In this document: positions 1-15,299 of the stretch, one piece after another
Position numbering within the stretch: the first letter of the stretch is position 1
How the letters are laid out: each line of letters starts with the position of its first letter
Assembly: GCF_050320075.1 (NCBI RefSeq)
Contig: NZ_CP190018.1
DNA length: 64,000 bases
Reading direction: 5' to 3' (one strand)
Source of the DNA: Escherichia coli
GTDB lineage: Bacteria; Pseudomonadota; Gammaproteobacteria; Enterobacterales; Enterobacteriaceae
Notes under the pieces: model-generated
Told to the model about the DNA's origin: nothing
Seen by the model: the letters and a program-made list of their open reading frames with translations, nothing else
Database searches by the model: none
Made by a program: the position numbers and the translations under genes

Positions 1-68
1 GGTGTTCCTGGATACCCATTAAGAACATATTTTTTCGAATAGTTAATTTATTTTCTCAGGAAGAGATT

Positions 69-638
69 TTATTTTTCTTCACTACGAAGCAGTTCATGCT
101 GTACTTTTGTTAAACATTCGTAAGACTCATCTTTGTTCGGGAGATGTGCTGTCATTCGAGCATAAGTTGGCTTCTCATCTTTAAAATATTTAACCATGAT
201 TGAATTATCAAGGACTGCCAACAACTGAGCTGGATCACTGCTCTTTTTTTGATAGATACCCGCTCTTATATAACTTCTAAACCGATCGCCGAGAAACGCC
301 GTTTTTTCTGCTGTATTTAGCAACTCCTGCAACGTTCCTTTGGTTGCATGATTTTCATTAAGGCGTAGTGATCCGACGCGAATTAAGAGTCTCGCCCCGC
401 TTGGTGTGAATTTGTTATTTTTACATATACCAAGTTCTGTTTGCCAATAATACTCACCTATGTCCTCATTCTGATACCATCTCCACATGGTTTTATTATT
501 TAAGACAGGAAACGCGGAAAAAATAGTACCCTTAGTGAAAATGGTAAAGCAATCTTGATCTTTAGCTTGTGTTTCGCAATTAGCTATAACACCAAAACTA
601 ACGAATATCATCAGCAAAAAGAACAAAGCTCTTTTCAT
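69..638 (-). CDS. Putative Rhs immunity protein: small secreted protein immediately downstream of the Rhs C-terminal tip, 4-bp overlap with rhs stop
   Basis: ORF track 189 aa; N-terminal hydrophobic signal-like segment [21 protein letters not shown]; AT-rich like the Rhs tip; position typical of RhsI genes. No homolog recognised. Confidence 0.5.
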   Translation of the reverse strand: MKRALFFLLMIFVSFGVIANCETQAKDQDCFTIFTKGTIFSAFPVLNNKTMWRWYQNEDIGEYYWQTELGICKNNKFTPSGARLLIRVGSLRLNENHATKGTLQELLNTAEKTAFLGDRFRSYIRAGIYQKKSSDPAQLLAVLDNSIMVKYFKDEKPTYARMTAHLPNKDESYECLTKVQHELLRSEEK

Positions 639-3600
639 TTTCTTATTCCTCTCGATGTTCTCTGTTTCATTTTAGCTAAAATTTCACCCAAATCATCTAT
701 CCCTGCTGTTGCTGGCCCATCGGGTTTATTAATGTCTGGGAATAAATAGGGTTCTGCACAAGTATATCCTGGTGGTAATTGAGTTGTTGGCCAAGTTGTC
801 TGTGGCAGGTAATCACTTGCTGTCTTTGTCTCCATCCCTGGATACTGGGGATCATCCTGCGGCGTACAAGTCAGATTGGGTTTTACCCACTTCCTGCAAT
901 ACAGTGTGTAATCGTAAGGACTTAATGCTCTGAAGAATGTTTTGAAAACATTAGGCGCACTACTGGCCTGGTCAATAGGATATGGCAGTCTTAATTGTTT
1001 CGCTATGTCTGGCAACTTACTTGGATCGGGCGTAGGCGGTTTGTTGGGTCTCGCTCCATATCCGCCATTATTTAAGTGTCCATATTTAGATGCCAGTCCC
1101 ATTGAATCTATATACTGAACCGGATTTAACGGATACTGATAAAAATTCCATCCCCCCTTCAGTCCAATCGGATCCTGAGTGATATACCGCCCCTGCAGCG
1201 GGTCATAATAGCGGTGGCGGTTGTAATACAGGCCGGACTCCTCATCATACTGCTGACCCGGCAGGCGGATGAGCTGCTGCAGCTGGTGCGGGTTCTCTTC
1301 ATTCAGCAGGTTGCCCCATTCATCGTATTCTGCGCACCATTCTGTTGCCCCTTCCGTGCTGACAAGCGCCAGCGGCAGGCCGCGATGGTCGCAGTGGTAC
1401 AGGTGGATTTTTCGCGCCGGCGTGTACACCGGGTCCATCTGGTTTTGTATCTGCTCCACCGTCAGGCCGCACGATGCCAGCCAGCGGCGGCTTTCCTCAC
1501 TCACCCGGTCAGCCAGGATTTCACTTTCCAGCCGGTCGAGCATCTGCACCAGCACCGGCGGGAACACCACACTGCCACCGTCTTCGCCGCCGGACTGCTG
1601 AAGGGCATCCGCCAGGCTGCGGCGCTGCGTTTTCGCCAGCTCACCGGTGGCGGTTTCAACTCTGATGAGTGGCGTGAAGCTCCCCGGCTGATAAACCGTC
1701 TGGATGCGGGTTCTGTCGTTCTGTATCGTGGTCAGCCGGTCGCCGTCCCAGCCGTACCAGGTCACTTCCGGTTTCCGTGACAGCGACATCCAGCCCGTCA
1801 GGTCCCGTTCACGCCGCCATACCCGTTTTGCCACCCTGCGGCCCAGCGGGTCGTAAAGATAGCGACTTTCGACCAGCGGCTCTGCATATTGTGTCCGCGT
1901 GTAGTGCACCAGCCGGTGCCGGCTGTCGTAATGATACCGGTGAGTCCGCTCATCATCCGTGCGGATAACCCCTTCCGGGATGAGGTCGGTTTTCTCTGTC
2001 AGCCTGCCGTGACGGTCATACCGGTAAAGATAGTGCGCGTCACGGGCGATACGGTTATCCGGCCACATGCTGAGGGTGCTGTCCGGGTGCAGCTCCGGGT
2101 CGGGCAGGCGGTTGCCTGCCGGGTCCGTGGCATACGGGATGCGGATATCCAGGTTCGCTGCCGTGGTGTGGACGCCGGTCAGCCTGCCGGTGTCGCTGTA
2201 GCTGTAACTCCGGGTCTGGCGCGGGCTGCTGATGCGGATGAGTTCGCCGTTGTCGTTCCAGGTGTAATCGCGGTCATACTGCAGGCTGTTCAGGTGCTGG
2301 CTCTGTAACTGCCCGGCAGAGGTGTAAGCGGTGGTGAGTTCATAACGGCCGAAGCTGCGCAGCGTTTCCCGGTGCAGGCGGTCGCGGGTGTACTCCACCA
2401 GCGGTGTGTCGCCGAGTTTCATGCCTGACAGCCAGCCGCTGCCGTAGGTCAGCCATTCCACGGCGGGCAGGCTGTCCGGTATACAGCGGTTCGCCAGTCC
2501 CTGCGCGTTGTAAGCGTGTCTGGTTTCATGCTGCCAGAGCAGTGCTTCCGTCTGCGGGTGATGCACCGTCTGGCGCTCACCGGTCAGGCGGCCTTTCTCA
2601 TCATACCCGTAATGCACCGTCACCCGGTGGCCTTCGCTGAGATGGCTGATGCCTGTCAGCCAGCCGCGTTCGTCATACTGCCACTGCTCTGCCGGTTCAC
2701 CATTCACCGTTCGCTGTGTGATGCGGTCTGCTTCGTCATAGTGCCAGTGGGTGACCAGCCCCTCATCCTCGCTGCGGATAAGTTTGCCGGTCAGGTCGTG
2801 GTGATAACGCTGTGTGCGGCCGTCAAAGCCGGTTTCCTGTATCAGCCGGTCAAGTACATCGTAACGGAAGGTGGTGTGGCTGCCGTTTTCACTGGTCAGG
2901 CGGATGACCCGCCCGGCAGCATCGTATTCCATACTGCGCGTCAGACCGCCCTGCGTGGTACGAACGGGCTTTCCCCACGCATCGTACTGTGTCCCGTTTC
3001 TGCTGCCGTCCGGGGCAATGACGGCGGTCAGGTCACCGGCGGCGTTGTATTCATACCGCGTTTCATGGCCCTGCGTGTCTTTCACCGCAATTAACTGTCC
3101 ACGGCTGTCGTATGCGCGGTACTGACTCAGCCCTTCCTCGCGGTGCACCGCCGTCATCTGACCAAAACGGTCATGGTCATAACGGGTTACATAACCGGAA
3201 CAGTCAGTGACGGTCAGCAACTGACCGTAACGGCTCCATGTCATGGTTTTCCGGCTGCCGGTGGCATCCTCCGTTGCGCAGGGTAAGTCACTGTGTGGAT
3301 TATCATAACGGTAGCGGGTGATATCGCCGTTGTGTGCGGTTTCCTGAATCAGACGGCCGGATTCATCATATTCCCGGCGCAATTCCAGCCCGTCAGGCCC
3401 GGTGGCTGACGTTAACTGGCTGTGGTGGTTATAGTAAAATGCCGATGCCCTGCCATCCGGTGTGGTGATGCGCGTGATGAGTCCCGTCACCACATCCGGG
3501 CTGTACTCAGTCGTCCGGCCTGCGGCATCCGTCTGTGCCTTAAGCCTGCCCACCGCGTCAAACTGACTCTGCGTGACGCTGCCGTCCGCGTGTTCCTTTT

Positions 3601-4834
3601 TCACCACCCGCTTCAGCCCGCCTTCGCCCTGCGTGTGCAGCACTTCACGGCGGTCCAGACTGTCGGTGATGGTGATGCGGTCTTTCTCATACTGATACGT
3701 GTAGCTTAAGCCTGCCGGGTTTAGCTGCTCTGTCACCCGCCCGTCGCTGTCGTAACGGTAACGGATTTCTGGCCGGCCCGCGCGGTGGTGCGCCACCATC
3801 CGGCCCCGGTATTTATCATCGTAAGTAAAGCTGCGCACCTGTTTGCCACTGCGGTCATACACCGCCGCCAGTTCGCCGCGTGGCGTCCAGCCATAGCGCA
3901 CCAGCGGCGCGGCAGGTAAATTCTCCGGGTATTCCGGGTCGTGTGTCAGCCACACGGCAGACAGACGGATACCGTTGTCCCGGCCATATTCCGTGTAGTC
4001 CGGCAGGGTATCAGGAAAAGCGGACGGTTCCGTCCCGCCGGAAGAGGCCTGCTGCCGGGCCTCTTCTGCCCGCTGCGCCTGCGTGGTCAGTACCAGCCGG
4101 AAGTGACGCCCGGCACCATCCGTCACGCCGGTGATTTCGCCGCTGAATTCACCGCCAGCCTCACGGTGAAACGTCTGTGTGCGCCCGAAGCGGTCCACCA
4201 GCCCGGTCAGTACCCGGTACGGCGGCAGCGGCGCGGGCAGCACCTCATCCGCTTCCGGCACCCGCTCACACCAGCCGAGCAGCCACCACGGCCCCTGCGG
4301 ACTGTTTGTCGCCAGATAACGATGCGGACTTAAGCGGAGTTCTTCCGGCAGCGCCTGCCAGAGTGCGGTCAGCCGGTGACCTTCATCCAGTTTCAGGACA
4401 CCGCCACGCACCAGCCAGAGTGACTCGCTGCGGCTGTAACCGTCCTCACCGGGAAACAGGTGCTCAAAATACAGGCTCCTGCCGCCGTTATCACTGAGTA
4501 TCAGTGTGTTATCGCGCAGCTGTAGGCGGATATCCGCAGGCATTTTCCAGCCGGGGCCGAGGCTCCCCACCGGCGCGGGCGTTTTTGTCCGGTAACTGCT
4601 GTAGGTGCGGGAGAGGATGAACGGCAGCGGGCCGGGCAGGGCAAGGTCGGTTTCGCCGGGAAGGACCTTCGCGCCGAGCAGCGGATTGACCGGATGGCCG
4701 GACGTCACCCCGCCGGGGCACACCGAACAGGCCACGCCGGTGGGGGCACCAATACGTACCCCGGCAGAACCCTGAACAATGCTACCGCCATACTGCGTCA
4801 TGTCGCCCTGACGCGCCGCCGGTTTTCCGCTCAT
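635..4834 (-). CDS. rhsB: Rhs-family polymorphic toxin (PAAR-like N-terminus, YD-repeat core, variable C-terminal tip)
   Basis: 1399-aa ORF; N-terminal [26 protein letters not shown]-like motif; long GC-rich YD-repeat core; DPIGL core-end motif about 179 aa from C-terminus followed by AT-rich tip; locus next to nikR as for rhsB in K-12. Confidence 0.9.
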   Translation of the reverse strand: MSGKPAARQGDMTQYGGSIVQGSAGVRIGAPTGVACSVCPGGVTSGHPVNPLLGAKVLPGETDLALPGPLPFILSRTYSSYRTKTPAPVGSLGPGWKMPADIRLQLRDNTLILSDNGGRSLYFEHLFPGEDGYSRSESLWLVRGGVLKLDEGHRLTALWQALPEELRLSPHRYLATNSPQGPWWLLGWCERVPEADEVLPAPLPPYRVLTGLVDRFGRTQTFHREAGGEFSGEITGVTDGAGRHFRLVLTTQAQRAEEARQQASSGGTEPSAFPDTLPDYTEYGRDNGIRLSAVWLTHDPEYPENLPAAPLVRYGWTPRGELAAVYDRSGKQVRSFTYDDKYRGRMVAHHRAGRPEIRYRYDSDGRVTEQLNPAGLSYTYQYEKDRITITDSLDRREVLHTQGEGGLKRVVKKEHADGSVTQSQFDAVGRLKAQTDAAGRTTEYSPDVVTGLITRITTPDGRASAFYYNHHSQLTSATGPDGLELRREYDESGRLIQETAHNGDITRYRYDNPHSDLPCATEDATGSRKTMTWSRYGQLLTVTDCSGYVTRYDHDRFGQMTAVHREEGLSQYRAYDSRGQLIAVKDTQGHETRYEYNAAGDLTAVIAPDGSRNGTQYDAWGKPVRTTQGGLTRSMEYDAAGRVIRLTSENGSHTTFRYDVLDRLIQETGFDGRTQRYHHDLTGKLIRSEDEGLVTHWHYDEADRITQRTVNGEPAEQWQYDERGWLTGISHLSEGHRVTVHYGYDEKGRLTGERQTVHHPQTEALLWQHETRHAYNAQGLANRCIPDSLPAVEWLTYGSGWLSGMKLGDTPLVEYTRDRLHRETLRSFGRYELTTAYTSAGQLQSQHLNSLQYDRDYTWNDNGELIRISSPRQTRSYSYSDTGRLTGVHTTAANLDIRIPYATDPAGNRLPDPELHPDSTLSMWPDNRIARDAHYLYRYDRHGRLTEKTDLIPEGVIRTDDERTHRYHYDSRHRLVHYTRTQYAEPLVESRYLYDPLGRRVAKRVWRRERDLTGWMSLSRKPEVTWYGWDGDRLTTIQNDRTRIQTVYQPGSFTPLIRVETATGELAKTQRRSLADALQQSGGEDGGSVVFPPVLVQMLDRLESEILADRVSEESRRWLASCGLTVEQIQNQMDPVYTPARKIHLYHCDHRGLPLALVSTEGATEWCAEYDEWGNLLNEENPHQLQQLIRLPGQQYDEESGLYYNRHRYYDPLQGRYITQDPIGLKGGWNFYQYPLNPVQYIDSMGLASKYGHLNNGGYGARPNKPPTPDPSKLPDIAKQLRLPYPIDQASSAPNVFKTFFRALSPYDYTLYCRKWVKPNLTCTPQDDPQYPGMETKTASDYLPQTTWPTTQLPPGYTCAEPYLFPDINKPDGPATAGIDDLGEILAKMKQRTSRGIRK

Positions 4835-5036
4835 CGTAAAATCCTTTTCTATTATTTTAATGACAGTATCTTCATACGAAAAAGCGAAGAAAAACTTGTG
4901 GTCACAATGAATTGAAGGTTTTTAGGAATATATTTAGAACGTTACAAAAGAGAAGGTTCGGATAGGGTATTTAGAGAGGAATCAGGTGTGCTAGTGGCCC
5001 TTTGTTGATCGTTCACCAAAGGACCCAATAATAGGC

Positions 5037-7839
<2,803 letters not shown>

Positions 7840-7843
<4 letters not shown>

Positions 7844-8784
7844 GCGTGGGCTCCTTCATGACGACGAATGCGCGGATCCAGCGCGGCGTTGAGCAAATCA
7901 ACAATCAAATTACAGACCACAAAAACCACCACCATCATCAGCGTAAAGCACTGGATCACCGGATAGTCACGGTTAAAAATCGCCGACACCGCATAGCGCC
8001 CGACGCCTGGCCAGGCAAAGATGTTTTCGATAATCATCGTCCCGCCAATCAGTTCGCCAATGTGCATCCCCACGGCGGTGATCATCGGCAGCGAGGCATT
8101 GCGCAGAATATGGCGGCGTTCGGTCTGTTTGTCGTTCAGGCCGCGTAGCCGCGCCCAGGTGACGTGACGCTGACCGGCGACGTCCAGCATACTGGCGCGC
8201 AGTAGCCGTGCATTAATCGCCAGCGACATAAAGGCAATGGAAACCGCAGGCAAAATGATGTGCTGCCAGCCGCCGTAGCCCATCGCGGGTAGCCATTGCA
8301 GATATACCGAAAACGCCATCACCAGCAAAAACGCCAGCCAGAAGTTGGGCATCGACACGCCGAGAAACGCGATGAAACGTACGGCGAAATCCGGCAGACG
8401 ATCGCGATGGCGCGCCGCCCAGATACCGAGCGGCACGGAAGTGAGCAGAATTAATACCAGCGCGGCACCTGCAAGTTCCAGCGTGGCGGGCAGGAAGTTC
8501 AGCATATCGTCCAGCACCGGGCGTTGGCTGGCGAATGAGATACCAAAGTCAAGATGCAGCGCCTTCCACAACCAGGTGCCGTACTGGACATACAGCGGCT
8601 GATCCAGCCCCAGCATGGTGCGTGTAGAGGCCAGCATCTCCGGCGTCGGCGGCAGGTTAGACAGACGCAGATAATCGAGCGCCGGGTCGCCGGTGCCGAG
8701 GCGCAGCATCAGAAAAATGATCACCGAGGCGGCGAGCACCATCGGGATCAGCAGCAGAAAGCGGCGTAATACGTAACGCAACAT
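7840..8784 (-). CDS. nikB: Nickel ABC transporter permease NikB
   Basis: 314 aa polytopic membrane protein, operon position. Confidence 0.9.
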
Positions 8785-10358
8785 TAAGGTTTCACCGGTT
8801 TAATCTGTTCGAACGGAATTTCGGTGGCGATCGGCGCGTAGGGGATGTTACCCAGCTCCGGTTTTGATACCACCATCATTGAGATGTAACTGATAGGCAG
8901 ATAAACAGCCTCGTCATGCAGACGGGTCAGAATGTCGCGATACAGCGCCTGACGTTGCGTTTCGTCATGGGTTGCCAGCACTTCGCCGATCTCTTTATCA
9001 ATCAGCGGCTTGTCGGCTAATCCTTGCTGTGCCTGGAAATCAGCGTGCGACGGTACGCGCATTGAACTCAGGAAGGCGTGTGGATCGTATGGCGCGCCCC
9101 AGGTGCGATGGAAAATCATGCCAAAACGACCGTCGCGCTGACGAGCATAGATACTGCTCTCTTCTTCGCCAATCAGTGAGACATCTGCGCCAATCTGGCG
9201 CATATCAGCCTGAATGATTTCCGCCATCGATTTGCTTAACGCATCGGTGCCGATGAACGACAGTTCAATGCGCAGCGGCTGACCATTTTTCTCGCGGATG
9301 TCTTTGCCCGCAGGCAACGTCCAACCGGCTTTTTCCAGCAACGCTTTCGCTTTCTGCGGATCGTACTGGCGCGGTTTCAGGCCGAGGTTGGCATAGGGCA
9401 CAGAAGGAGCAAACAGGGTGTCGGCGACCTGCTGGGTGCCATACAACGCGTTATCAATCAGCGATTTTTTGTTTACCGCGTAATTAAGAGCTTCACGTAC
9501 TGCCAGCTCGTTGGTGGGGGCTTTGGCGGTATTGAGCGCCAGCATCACGGTTTCGATCGGCTGTGACAGTTGGGTGTGGTAAGCCGGGTTCTGGCTAAAG
9601 CGGGCGAAGGTATCGAGCGGTAATAACCCTTCGTTTCCGTACAGCAGGTCAATATCGCCAGTTTCAAACGCCACCGCGCGGGTAGTCGGGTCCGGGATCA
9701 CGTTAAAAGTGATCTTCTTAATCGCCGGCTTTTCGCCCCAGTAGTTTTCGTTACGGACGAAGACATCGTACTGATTCAGTTTCGATTCCTGCAAAACCCA
9801 CGGCCCGGTGCCAATCGGCGCTTTAATTCCGTTCATGGTTTCATGGTTTTTAAACTGCGAGGGGGCGATAAAACGGAAAGGGCGTGGCAGGGCCAGTTCT
9901 TGCAGGAAAGGATAGTAGGCGCTTTTCAGGGTGATTTGCAGCTCTGTTTTACTGAGTGCTTTGACATCAACAATCTGGTTTGCCAGCTCCAGCCAGGCGT
10001 GACGTTGACGGTTATCGAGCACTGCGCGGAAGTTTTCTGCCGCCGCCTCTGCATCAAACGGTTCGCCGTTGGAGAATTTCACGTCATCACGCAGGGTGAA
10101 GGTCCAGGTTTTACCATCTTCAGAATGAGTCCAGCTTTTTGCCAGCCACGGGATCACCGAACCGTCTGCCTGATATTTCACCAATGGTTCATAAACCATG
10201 CTCTGGGCGAACATCTGGTTAGGCGTGTAAAGGTGCGGGTTTAGTGGCCCGACATTCACCGGCCAGGCGGTGGTGATTTCATCTGGTGCAGCGGCATGGA
10301 CGATAAAAGACGCACAAGCCAGCAGCGCAAATAGAGTGCGGCGGAGTGTGGAGAGCAT
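8784..10358 (-). CDS. nikA: Periplasmic nickel-binding protein NikA
   Basis: 524 aa with signal peptide [22 protein letters not shown]; oligopeptide-binding-protein fold family. Confidence 0.9.
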
Positions 10359-10395
10359 GGTAACCCCAATGGATTAAAATAGATGGCGGAAATAA

Positions 10396-10423
10396 GTATG
10401 ACGATTTTAAGTATTCGTCATAC
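10396..10423. promoter_or_regulatory. NikR operator upstream of nikA (GTATGA-N16-TCATAC)
   Basis: Sequence shows gtatga cgattttaagtattcg tcatac, the established NikR dyad, 38 bp upstream of the nikA start. Confidence 0.8.
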
Positions 10424-10468
10424 TGATAACCTGTTCTGGATCAAAAGATGGACAGTCGGGTGGGCGGA

Positions 10469-11056
10469 TCAGTTAACTGAATCGATCCATTGCACACTGT
10501 CGGCGGAGAGCGTAAAGGGGGTAGGGGTGCAGATCGCCAGGCTTAAATTATCAAGCTGGCAATGGCTGACCGACAGTGATGAGTGATAGGTGCTGTCTAC
10601 GCTGACGATTTGCCAGGCGCTGCCGCCACGTTGTTTAACGATGGCTTCTTTGCGCGTCCAGATGCGCCAGAACATTTCCAGTTGCTGATCGGGATGCACG
10701 GCGTCCATCTCAGCGTGTTCCCCGAGGCTGAACACGGCGTTCGCCAGCCAGCGCCAGTTGGCGCGCGGGCGAATTACTTCGATATCGCAGCCGACTTCGC
10801 CTTCATCGCTCAACAGCAGGGCGATATCGTCACCGCTATGGCTTAAGTTGAACCATAGCGGCGTTTCCGGCGCGAATGCAGGTTTGCCTTGTTCGCCATA
10901 GATGATCTCCGGTAGCGGGGAAAGCGTGTGCGAAAGCAATGCACGCCCCGCCAGCCAGCGTTCACGTCGTGGACCTTGCGGTGCTTGCTCGCGTAAACCC
11001 GGTGGCAGAGGAGCTGCGCTTAAGGTCGAAACTTTCCCCAGAACTATCCGATACAT
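10469..11056 (-). CDS. acpT: Holo-ACP synthase (4'-phosphopantetheinyl transferase) AcpT
   Basis: 195 aa; K-12 gene order nikA-acpT-yhhT. Confidence 0.8.
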   Translation of the reverse strand: MYRIVLGKVSTLSAAPLPPGLREQAPQGPRRERWLAGRALLSHTLSPLPEIIYGEQGKPAFAPETPLWFNLSHSGDDIALLLSDEGEVGCDIEVIRPRANWRWLANAVFSLGEHAEMDAVHPDQQLEMFWRIWTRKEAIVKQRGGSAWQIVSVDSTYHSSLSVSHCQLDNLSLAICTPTPFTLSADSVQWIDSVN

Positions 11057-11110
11057 ATCAGGGCCAACGTTTAATGGAAAATGAAAGTGCGTATCGTAAC
11101 ACTTGTCGCC

Positions 11111-12160
11111 TCATCCCGGTAACCGACTTTTCGGTCTGCCTGGTCCCAGTAAAATCGCCAGTTTGCTACCGCCTTTGGTGGTTTCCATCCAGATTTTACA
11201 CACGCTGGTTAATGGCACCGAAAGTAGCATCCCTACCGGGCCGAGCAGCCATCCCCAAATTAACAATGAAAGAAATACCACCATGGTGGACATCCCCAGG
11301 CGATGGCCCATCATCCGTGGCTCTAAAATATTGCCGATGACCATATGGACAACTAAAAACAATGCGCCGACCAGAATACATTCGTAAATACCATTAAACA
11401 GCAGCACCTGAATCATTGGCGGTACGGCGGAAATTACCGCGCCGATATTGGGCACGTAGTTGAGCAAAAACGCCAGTACTGCCCACATCAGCGCAAACTG
11501 TACGCCCATTAGCGCCAGCCCCAGCCAGACGATGACACCTGTCCATAAACTGAGTAACGTCTTTAACGCCAGATAATGCGAAACGCCTTTAAGTGCGCGG
11601 TGTAATCCCGCGATGTGAATCTGTGGGTTATTTAGCGCAAAACGCATTTTGTAAGGGACGTGGCGCACTTCAAACAGCATGAAAACTACGGTCATCACCA
11701 GCAAAAGCACGCTCGCCATTGCCCCGGAAAGCCCGGTCATTAGCGCCGTGGTGAAGGTAACCACTTTTTCCGAGTCCATCCGCTGCAGTATTCGCTCCGG
11801 CGATATATGCAAATTAAGAAAAGGCAACATCTCCTGCAATTTAAAAAGTTTGCGCGTCAGCTCCTTATTAAACTTCGGCAGCATAGATATAAATTCGTTA
11901 AACGATGCCGCCAGTACGCCGACCAGCGCGGTTAGTGCGATCAGCATCACCACCACCACAATCGTAATGGCAACGGGGCGTTGTACCCCCCGACGAATAA
12001 ACCAGGTGACGAGCGGGTTGAGAACGATGGCAAAAAACAGCGCCAGTAATAGCTGCACAATGATATCTGCCGCTGCGTGAATGCCCGCGAGGATCACTAC
12101 CAGCGAGGCCAGCTTGAGCAGAATGTGCATGCCCGTTTTATCGGGTTGAGGGGTTTCCAT
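11111..12160 (-). CDS. yhhT: AI-2E/PerM-family membrane transporter YhhT
   Basis: Polytopic membrane protein; start set at METPQPDKTGMHIL (349 aa) rather than the 376-aa ORF. Confidence 0.8.
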   Translation of the reverse strand: METPQPDKTGMHILLKLASLVVILAGIHAAADIIVQLLLALFFAIVLNPLVTWFIRRGVQRPVAITIVVVVMLIALTALVGVLAASFNEFISMLPKFNKELTRKLFKLQEMLPFLNLHISPERILQRMDSEKVVTFTTALMTGLSGAMASVLLLVMTVVFMLFEVRHVPYKMRFALNNPQIHIAGLHRALKGVSHYLALKTLLSLWTGVIVWLGLALMGVQFALMWAVLAFLLNYVPNIGAVISAVPPMIQVLLFNGIYECILVGALFLVVHMVIGNILEPRMMGHRLGMSTMVVFLSLLIWGWLLGPVGMLLSVPLTSVCKIWMETTKGGSKLAILLGPGRPKSRLPG

Positions 12161-12291
12161 TGGGGCTTCCTTGTGACTTTTTGTATTAAGTGTAGCGGGA
12201 GTCACGCCAGCAATATTCTGATTCTTACTGCTGATTTTCACGTCAGCACGTGGTAAAAATGAAACACTGTTGTAAAAATGTGGTGATCCTC

Positions 12292-13509
12292 ATGCCCGAA
12301 CCCGTAGCCGAACCCGCGCTAAACGGATTGCGCCTGAATTTGCGCATTGTCTCCATTGTCATGTTTAACTTCGCCAGCTACCTCACCATCGGGTTGCCGC
12401 TCGCTGTATTACCGGGCTATGTCCATGATGTGATGGGCTTTAGCGCTTTCTGGGCAGGATTGGTTATCAGCCTGCAATATTTCGCCACCTTGCTGAGCCG
12501 CCCTCATGCCGGACGTTATGCCGATTTGCTGGGACCCAAAAAGATTGTCGTCTTCGGTTTATGCGGCTGCTTTTTGAGCGGTCTGGGATATCTGACGGCA
12601 GGATTAACCGCCAGTCTGCCCGTCATCAGCCTGTTATTACTTTGCCTGGGGCGCGTGATCCTTGGGATTGGGCAAAGTTTTGCCGGAACGGGATCGACCC
12701 TATGGGGCGTTGGCGTGGTTGGTTCGCTGCATATCGGGCGGGTGATTTCGTGGAACGGCATTGTCACTTATGGGGCGATGGCGATGGGTGCGCCGTTAGG
12801 TGTCGTGTTTTATCACTGGGGCGGCTTGCAGGCGTTAGCGTTAATCATTATGGGCGTGGCGCTGGTGGCCATTTTGTTGGCGATCCCGCGTCCGACGGTA
12901 AAAGCCAGTAAAGGCAAACCGCTGCCGTTTCGCGCGGTGCTTGGGCGCGTCTGGCTGTACGGCATGGCGCTGGCGTTGGCTTCCGCCGGATTTGGCGTCA
13001 TCGCCACCTTTATCACGCTGTTTTATGACGCTAAAGGTTGGGACGGTGCGGCTTTCGCGCTGACGCTGTTTAGCTGTGCGTTTGTCGGTACGCGTTTGTT
13101 ATTCCCTAACGGCATTAACCGTATCGGCGGCTTAAACGTAGCGATGATTTGCTTTAGCGTTGAGATAATCGGCCTGCTACTGGTTGGCGTGGCGACTATG
13201 CCGTGGATGGCGAAAATCGGCGTCTTACTCGCGGGGGCAGGGTTTTCGCTGGTGTTCCCGGCATTGGGCGTAGTGGCGGTAAAAGCGGTTCCGCAGCAAA
13301 ATCAGGGGGCGGCGCTGGCAACTTACACCGTATTTATGGATTTATCGCTTGGCGTGACCGGACCACTGGCTGGGCTGGTGATGAGTTGGGCGGGCGTCCC
13401 GGTGATTTATCTGGCGGCGGCGGGACTGGTCGCAATCGCGTTATTACTGACGTGGCGATTAAAAAAACGGCCTCCGGAACACGTCCCTGAGGCCGCCTCA
13501 TCATCTTAA
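12292..13509 (+). CDS. yhhS: MFS transporter YhhS
   Basis: 12-TM MFS protein; start set at MPEPVAEPALNG (405 aa). Confidence 0.8.
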   Translation: MPEPVAEPALNGLRLNLRIVSIVMFNFASYLTIGLPLAVLPGYVHDVMGFSAFWAGLVISLQYFATLLSRPHAGRYADLLGPKKIVVFGLCGCFLSGLGYLTAGLTASLPVISLLLLCLGRVILGIGQSFAGTGSTLWGVGVVGSLHIGRVISWNGIVTYGAMAMGAPLGVVFYHWGGLQALALIIMGVALVAILLAIPRPTVKASKGKPLPFRAVLGRVWLYGMALALASAGFGVIATFITLFYDAKGWDGAAFALTLFSCAFVGTRLLFPNGINRIGGLNVAMICFSVEIIGLLLVGVATMPWMAKIGVLLAGAGFSLVFPALGVVAVKAVPQQNQGAALATYTVFMDLSLGVTGPLAGLVMSWAGVPVIYLAAAGLVAIALLLTWRLKKRPPEHVPEAASSS

Positions 13510-13512
13510 AAC

Positions 13513-14070
13513 TTACTGAATAACCAGCGTATTAATGATGTTTTCTGCGGTGGTCTGCGCTTTTTGCTGATCGTCAGCTGGCAGAGTAATTTGCATGGTC
13601 AGCAGTTGATTACCCACGTTACCCAGAATAACGGAAGAGTACGCCGTCTGGCCTTTCGCGGAGATAATGCTGTCTAACTGCTGCATTTTGTGACCTTTCA
13701 GCTCAATGGCTTTATTGGTTACCACTTGCAGCTGCGGATCGCGGCTACGTTGCTGATCTTCCAGACGCTTCGCCAGCACCGCCAGATCTTCTTTCGGATC
13801 ATCGCCCATGATGACGATGACTGCTTTCTGCCCGGTGGCGTCGGACCAGACATGCATGTTATTGGCCTGCGTTCCCAGCTTACCGCTCTGGTCGGTCATA
13901 TCCGCTGGCAGCGAGAAACTTAACTTGCCATCAAGCAGGTTGACGGGATTCCCGGTAGCGTTACTTTCCGCGACCGAACCCTGCGCCGTAGCGTTAGTGT
14001 CTTTATCATCACAGGCCGCAAGCCCCATAACCAGCAGGCCAATTCCGACATATTTAACCAGATTGCGCAT
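13513..14070 (-). CDS. dcrB: Periplasmic lipoprotein DcrB
   Basis: Start at [20 protein letters not shown] (lipobox LAAC); 185 aa. Confidence 0.8.
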
Positions 14071-14142
14071 TGACTTCTTCCTTTCGATAAACGGCCATAA
14101 CGGCTCATTCATCCATCTTATCACAACTCTGATAACGAACCT

Positions 14143-14808
14143 TTAACTCGCCTGCAAAGCGTTGATTTCGGATTTATCTGCCAGTCTTTTCAACAGCATA
14201 TTGAGTAATACGCCATACATTGGCAGGAAGAAAACGATACTGATTAACACTTTGAAACAGTAATCGACCAGTGCGATTTCCATCCAGTGTTCAGCCATAA
14301 AGGCATCCGGGCTACGCCAGAAGGCAATGAAGAAGAAGGCCAGCGTGTCGCTGACGTTACCGAACAGTGTGGACGCTGTCGGTGCCAGCCACCAGCGGCG
14401 ACTCTGACGCAGGCGGTTAAAAACGTGCACGTCGAGGATCTGTCCCAGCGCGTAGGCCATGAAACTGGCGGTGGCGATACGGGCGACAAACAGGTTGAAG
14501 TGGGCGAGCGCGCCGAATCCTTGCCATGACCCCATATAAAACAGCGATGAGATGACGTAGGAGATCAGCAACGCCGGGATCATCACCGCAAAGATGATAC
14601 GACGGGCCAGCGGTGCGCCAAAAATACGCACAGTCAGGTCGGTAGCAAGGAAAATAAACGGAAAGCTAAATGCGCCCCAGGTGGTATGGAAACCAAAAAT
14701 GGAGACGGGAAGCTGAACCAGATAGTTACTGGAGGTGATCACCAGCAGATGAAATAACGATAACCAGAACAACGCCTTATAGCGTTGAGTTTGCGAGAAA
14801 ACGTTCAT
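14143..14808 (-). CDS. yhhQ: Queuosine-precursor transporter YhhQ
   Basis: 221-aa membrane protein; conserved position. Confidence 0.8.
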   Translation of the reverse strand: MNVFSQTQRYKALFWLSLFHLLVITSSNYLVQLPVSIFGFHTTWGAFSFPFIFLATDLTVRIFGAPLARRIIFAVMIPALLISYVISSLFYMGSWQGFGALAHFNLFVARIATASFMAYALGQILDVHVFNRLRQSRRWWLAPTASTLFGNVSDTLAFFFIAFWRSPDAFMAEHWMEIALVDYCFKVLISIVFFLPMYGVLLNMLLKRLADKSEINALQAS

Positions 14809-15029
14809 ATTGTACCTTTTTGATTAACCATTGGGGTGAGGGAACCCAATACGTACGACACGCTATTTTACCTTGATTAAATAACGTTCTTACCCTTTTT
14901 TCGAGCCGCCGCATGATACTGCTTTACGTTGACAATGCAATGGTTAATTTTCACGCAATCGTTAACCTGGTTTGCTTACGGACTCACAGGGCGTAAACTA
15001 GCGCCGTTTTTTTATGTGATGAGAAGAAA

Positions 15030-15275
15030 ATGACCGATCTCTTTTCCTGCCCTGACCACACACTCGACGCACTTGGCCTGCGCTGCCCGGAACCAGTCAT
15101 GATGGTGCGCAAAACCGTGCGCAATATGCAGCCAGGTGAAACGTTGCTGATTATTGCTGACGATCCGGCGACGACCCGCGATATTCCTGGGTTTTGTACC
15201 TTTATGGAACACGAACTGGTTGCGAAAGAGACGGATGGACTGCCTTATCGTTATTTGATTCGCAAAGGCGGTTGA
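15030..15275 (+). CDS. tusA: Sulfur carrier protein TusA
   Basis: 81 aa with the CPxP active-site motif ([12 protein letters not shown]). Confidence 0.9.
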   Translation: MTDLFSCPDHTLDALGLRCPEPVMMVRKTVRNMQPGETLLIIADDPATTRDIPGFCTFMEHELVAKETDGLPYRYLIRKGG

Positions 15276-15299
15276 TGGGGAAAGATTGGCTTCGATGCC

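Noticed and set aside
1214-4497. Many 60-190 aa ORFs on the + strand inside the rhsB coding region (for example 1214-1780, 2516-3094, 3941-4333)
   Set aside because: They lie antisense within the GC-rich Rhs YD-repeat core, where high GC suppresses stop codons; they have Arg/Ala/Pro-rich composition and no RBS, so they are spurious.
10424-10468. Possible FNR site upstream of nikA (ttgat ... atcag)
   Set aside because: The half-site spacing does not fit TTGAT-N4-ATCAA in what I can read, so I could not place it confidently.
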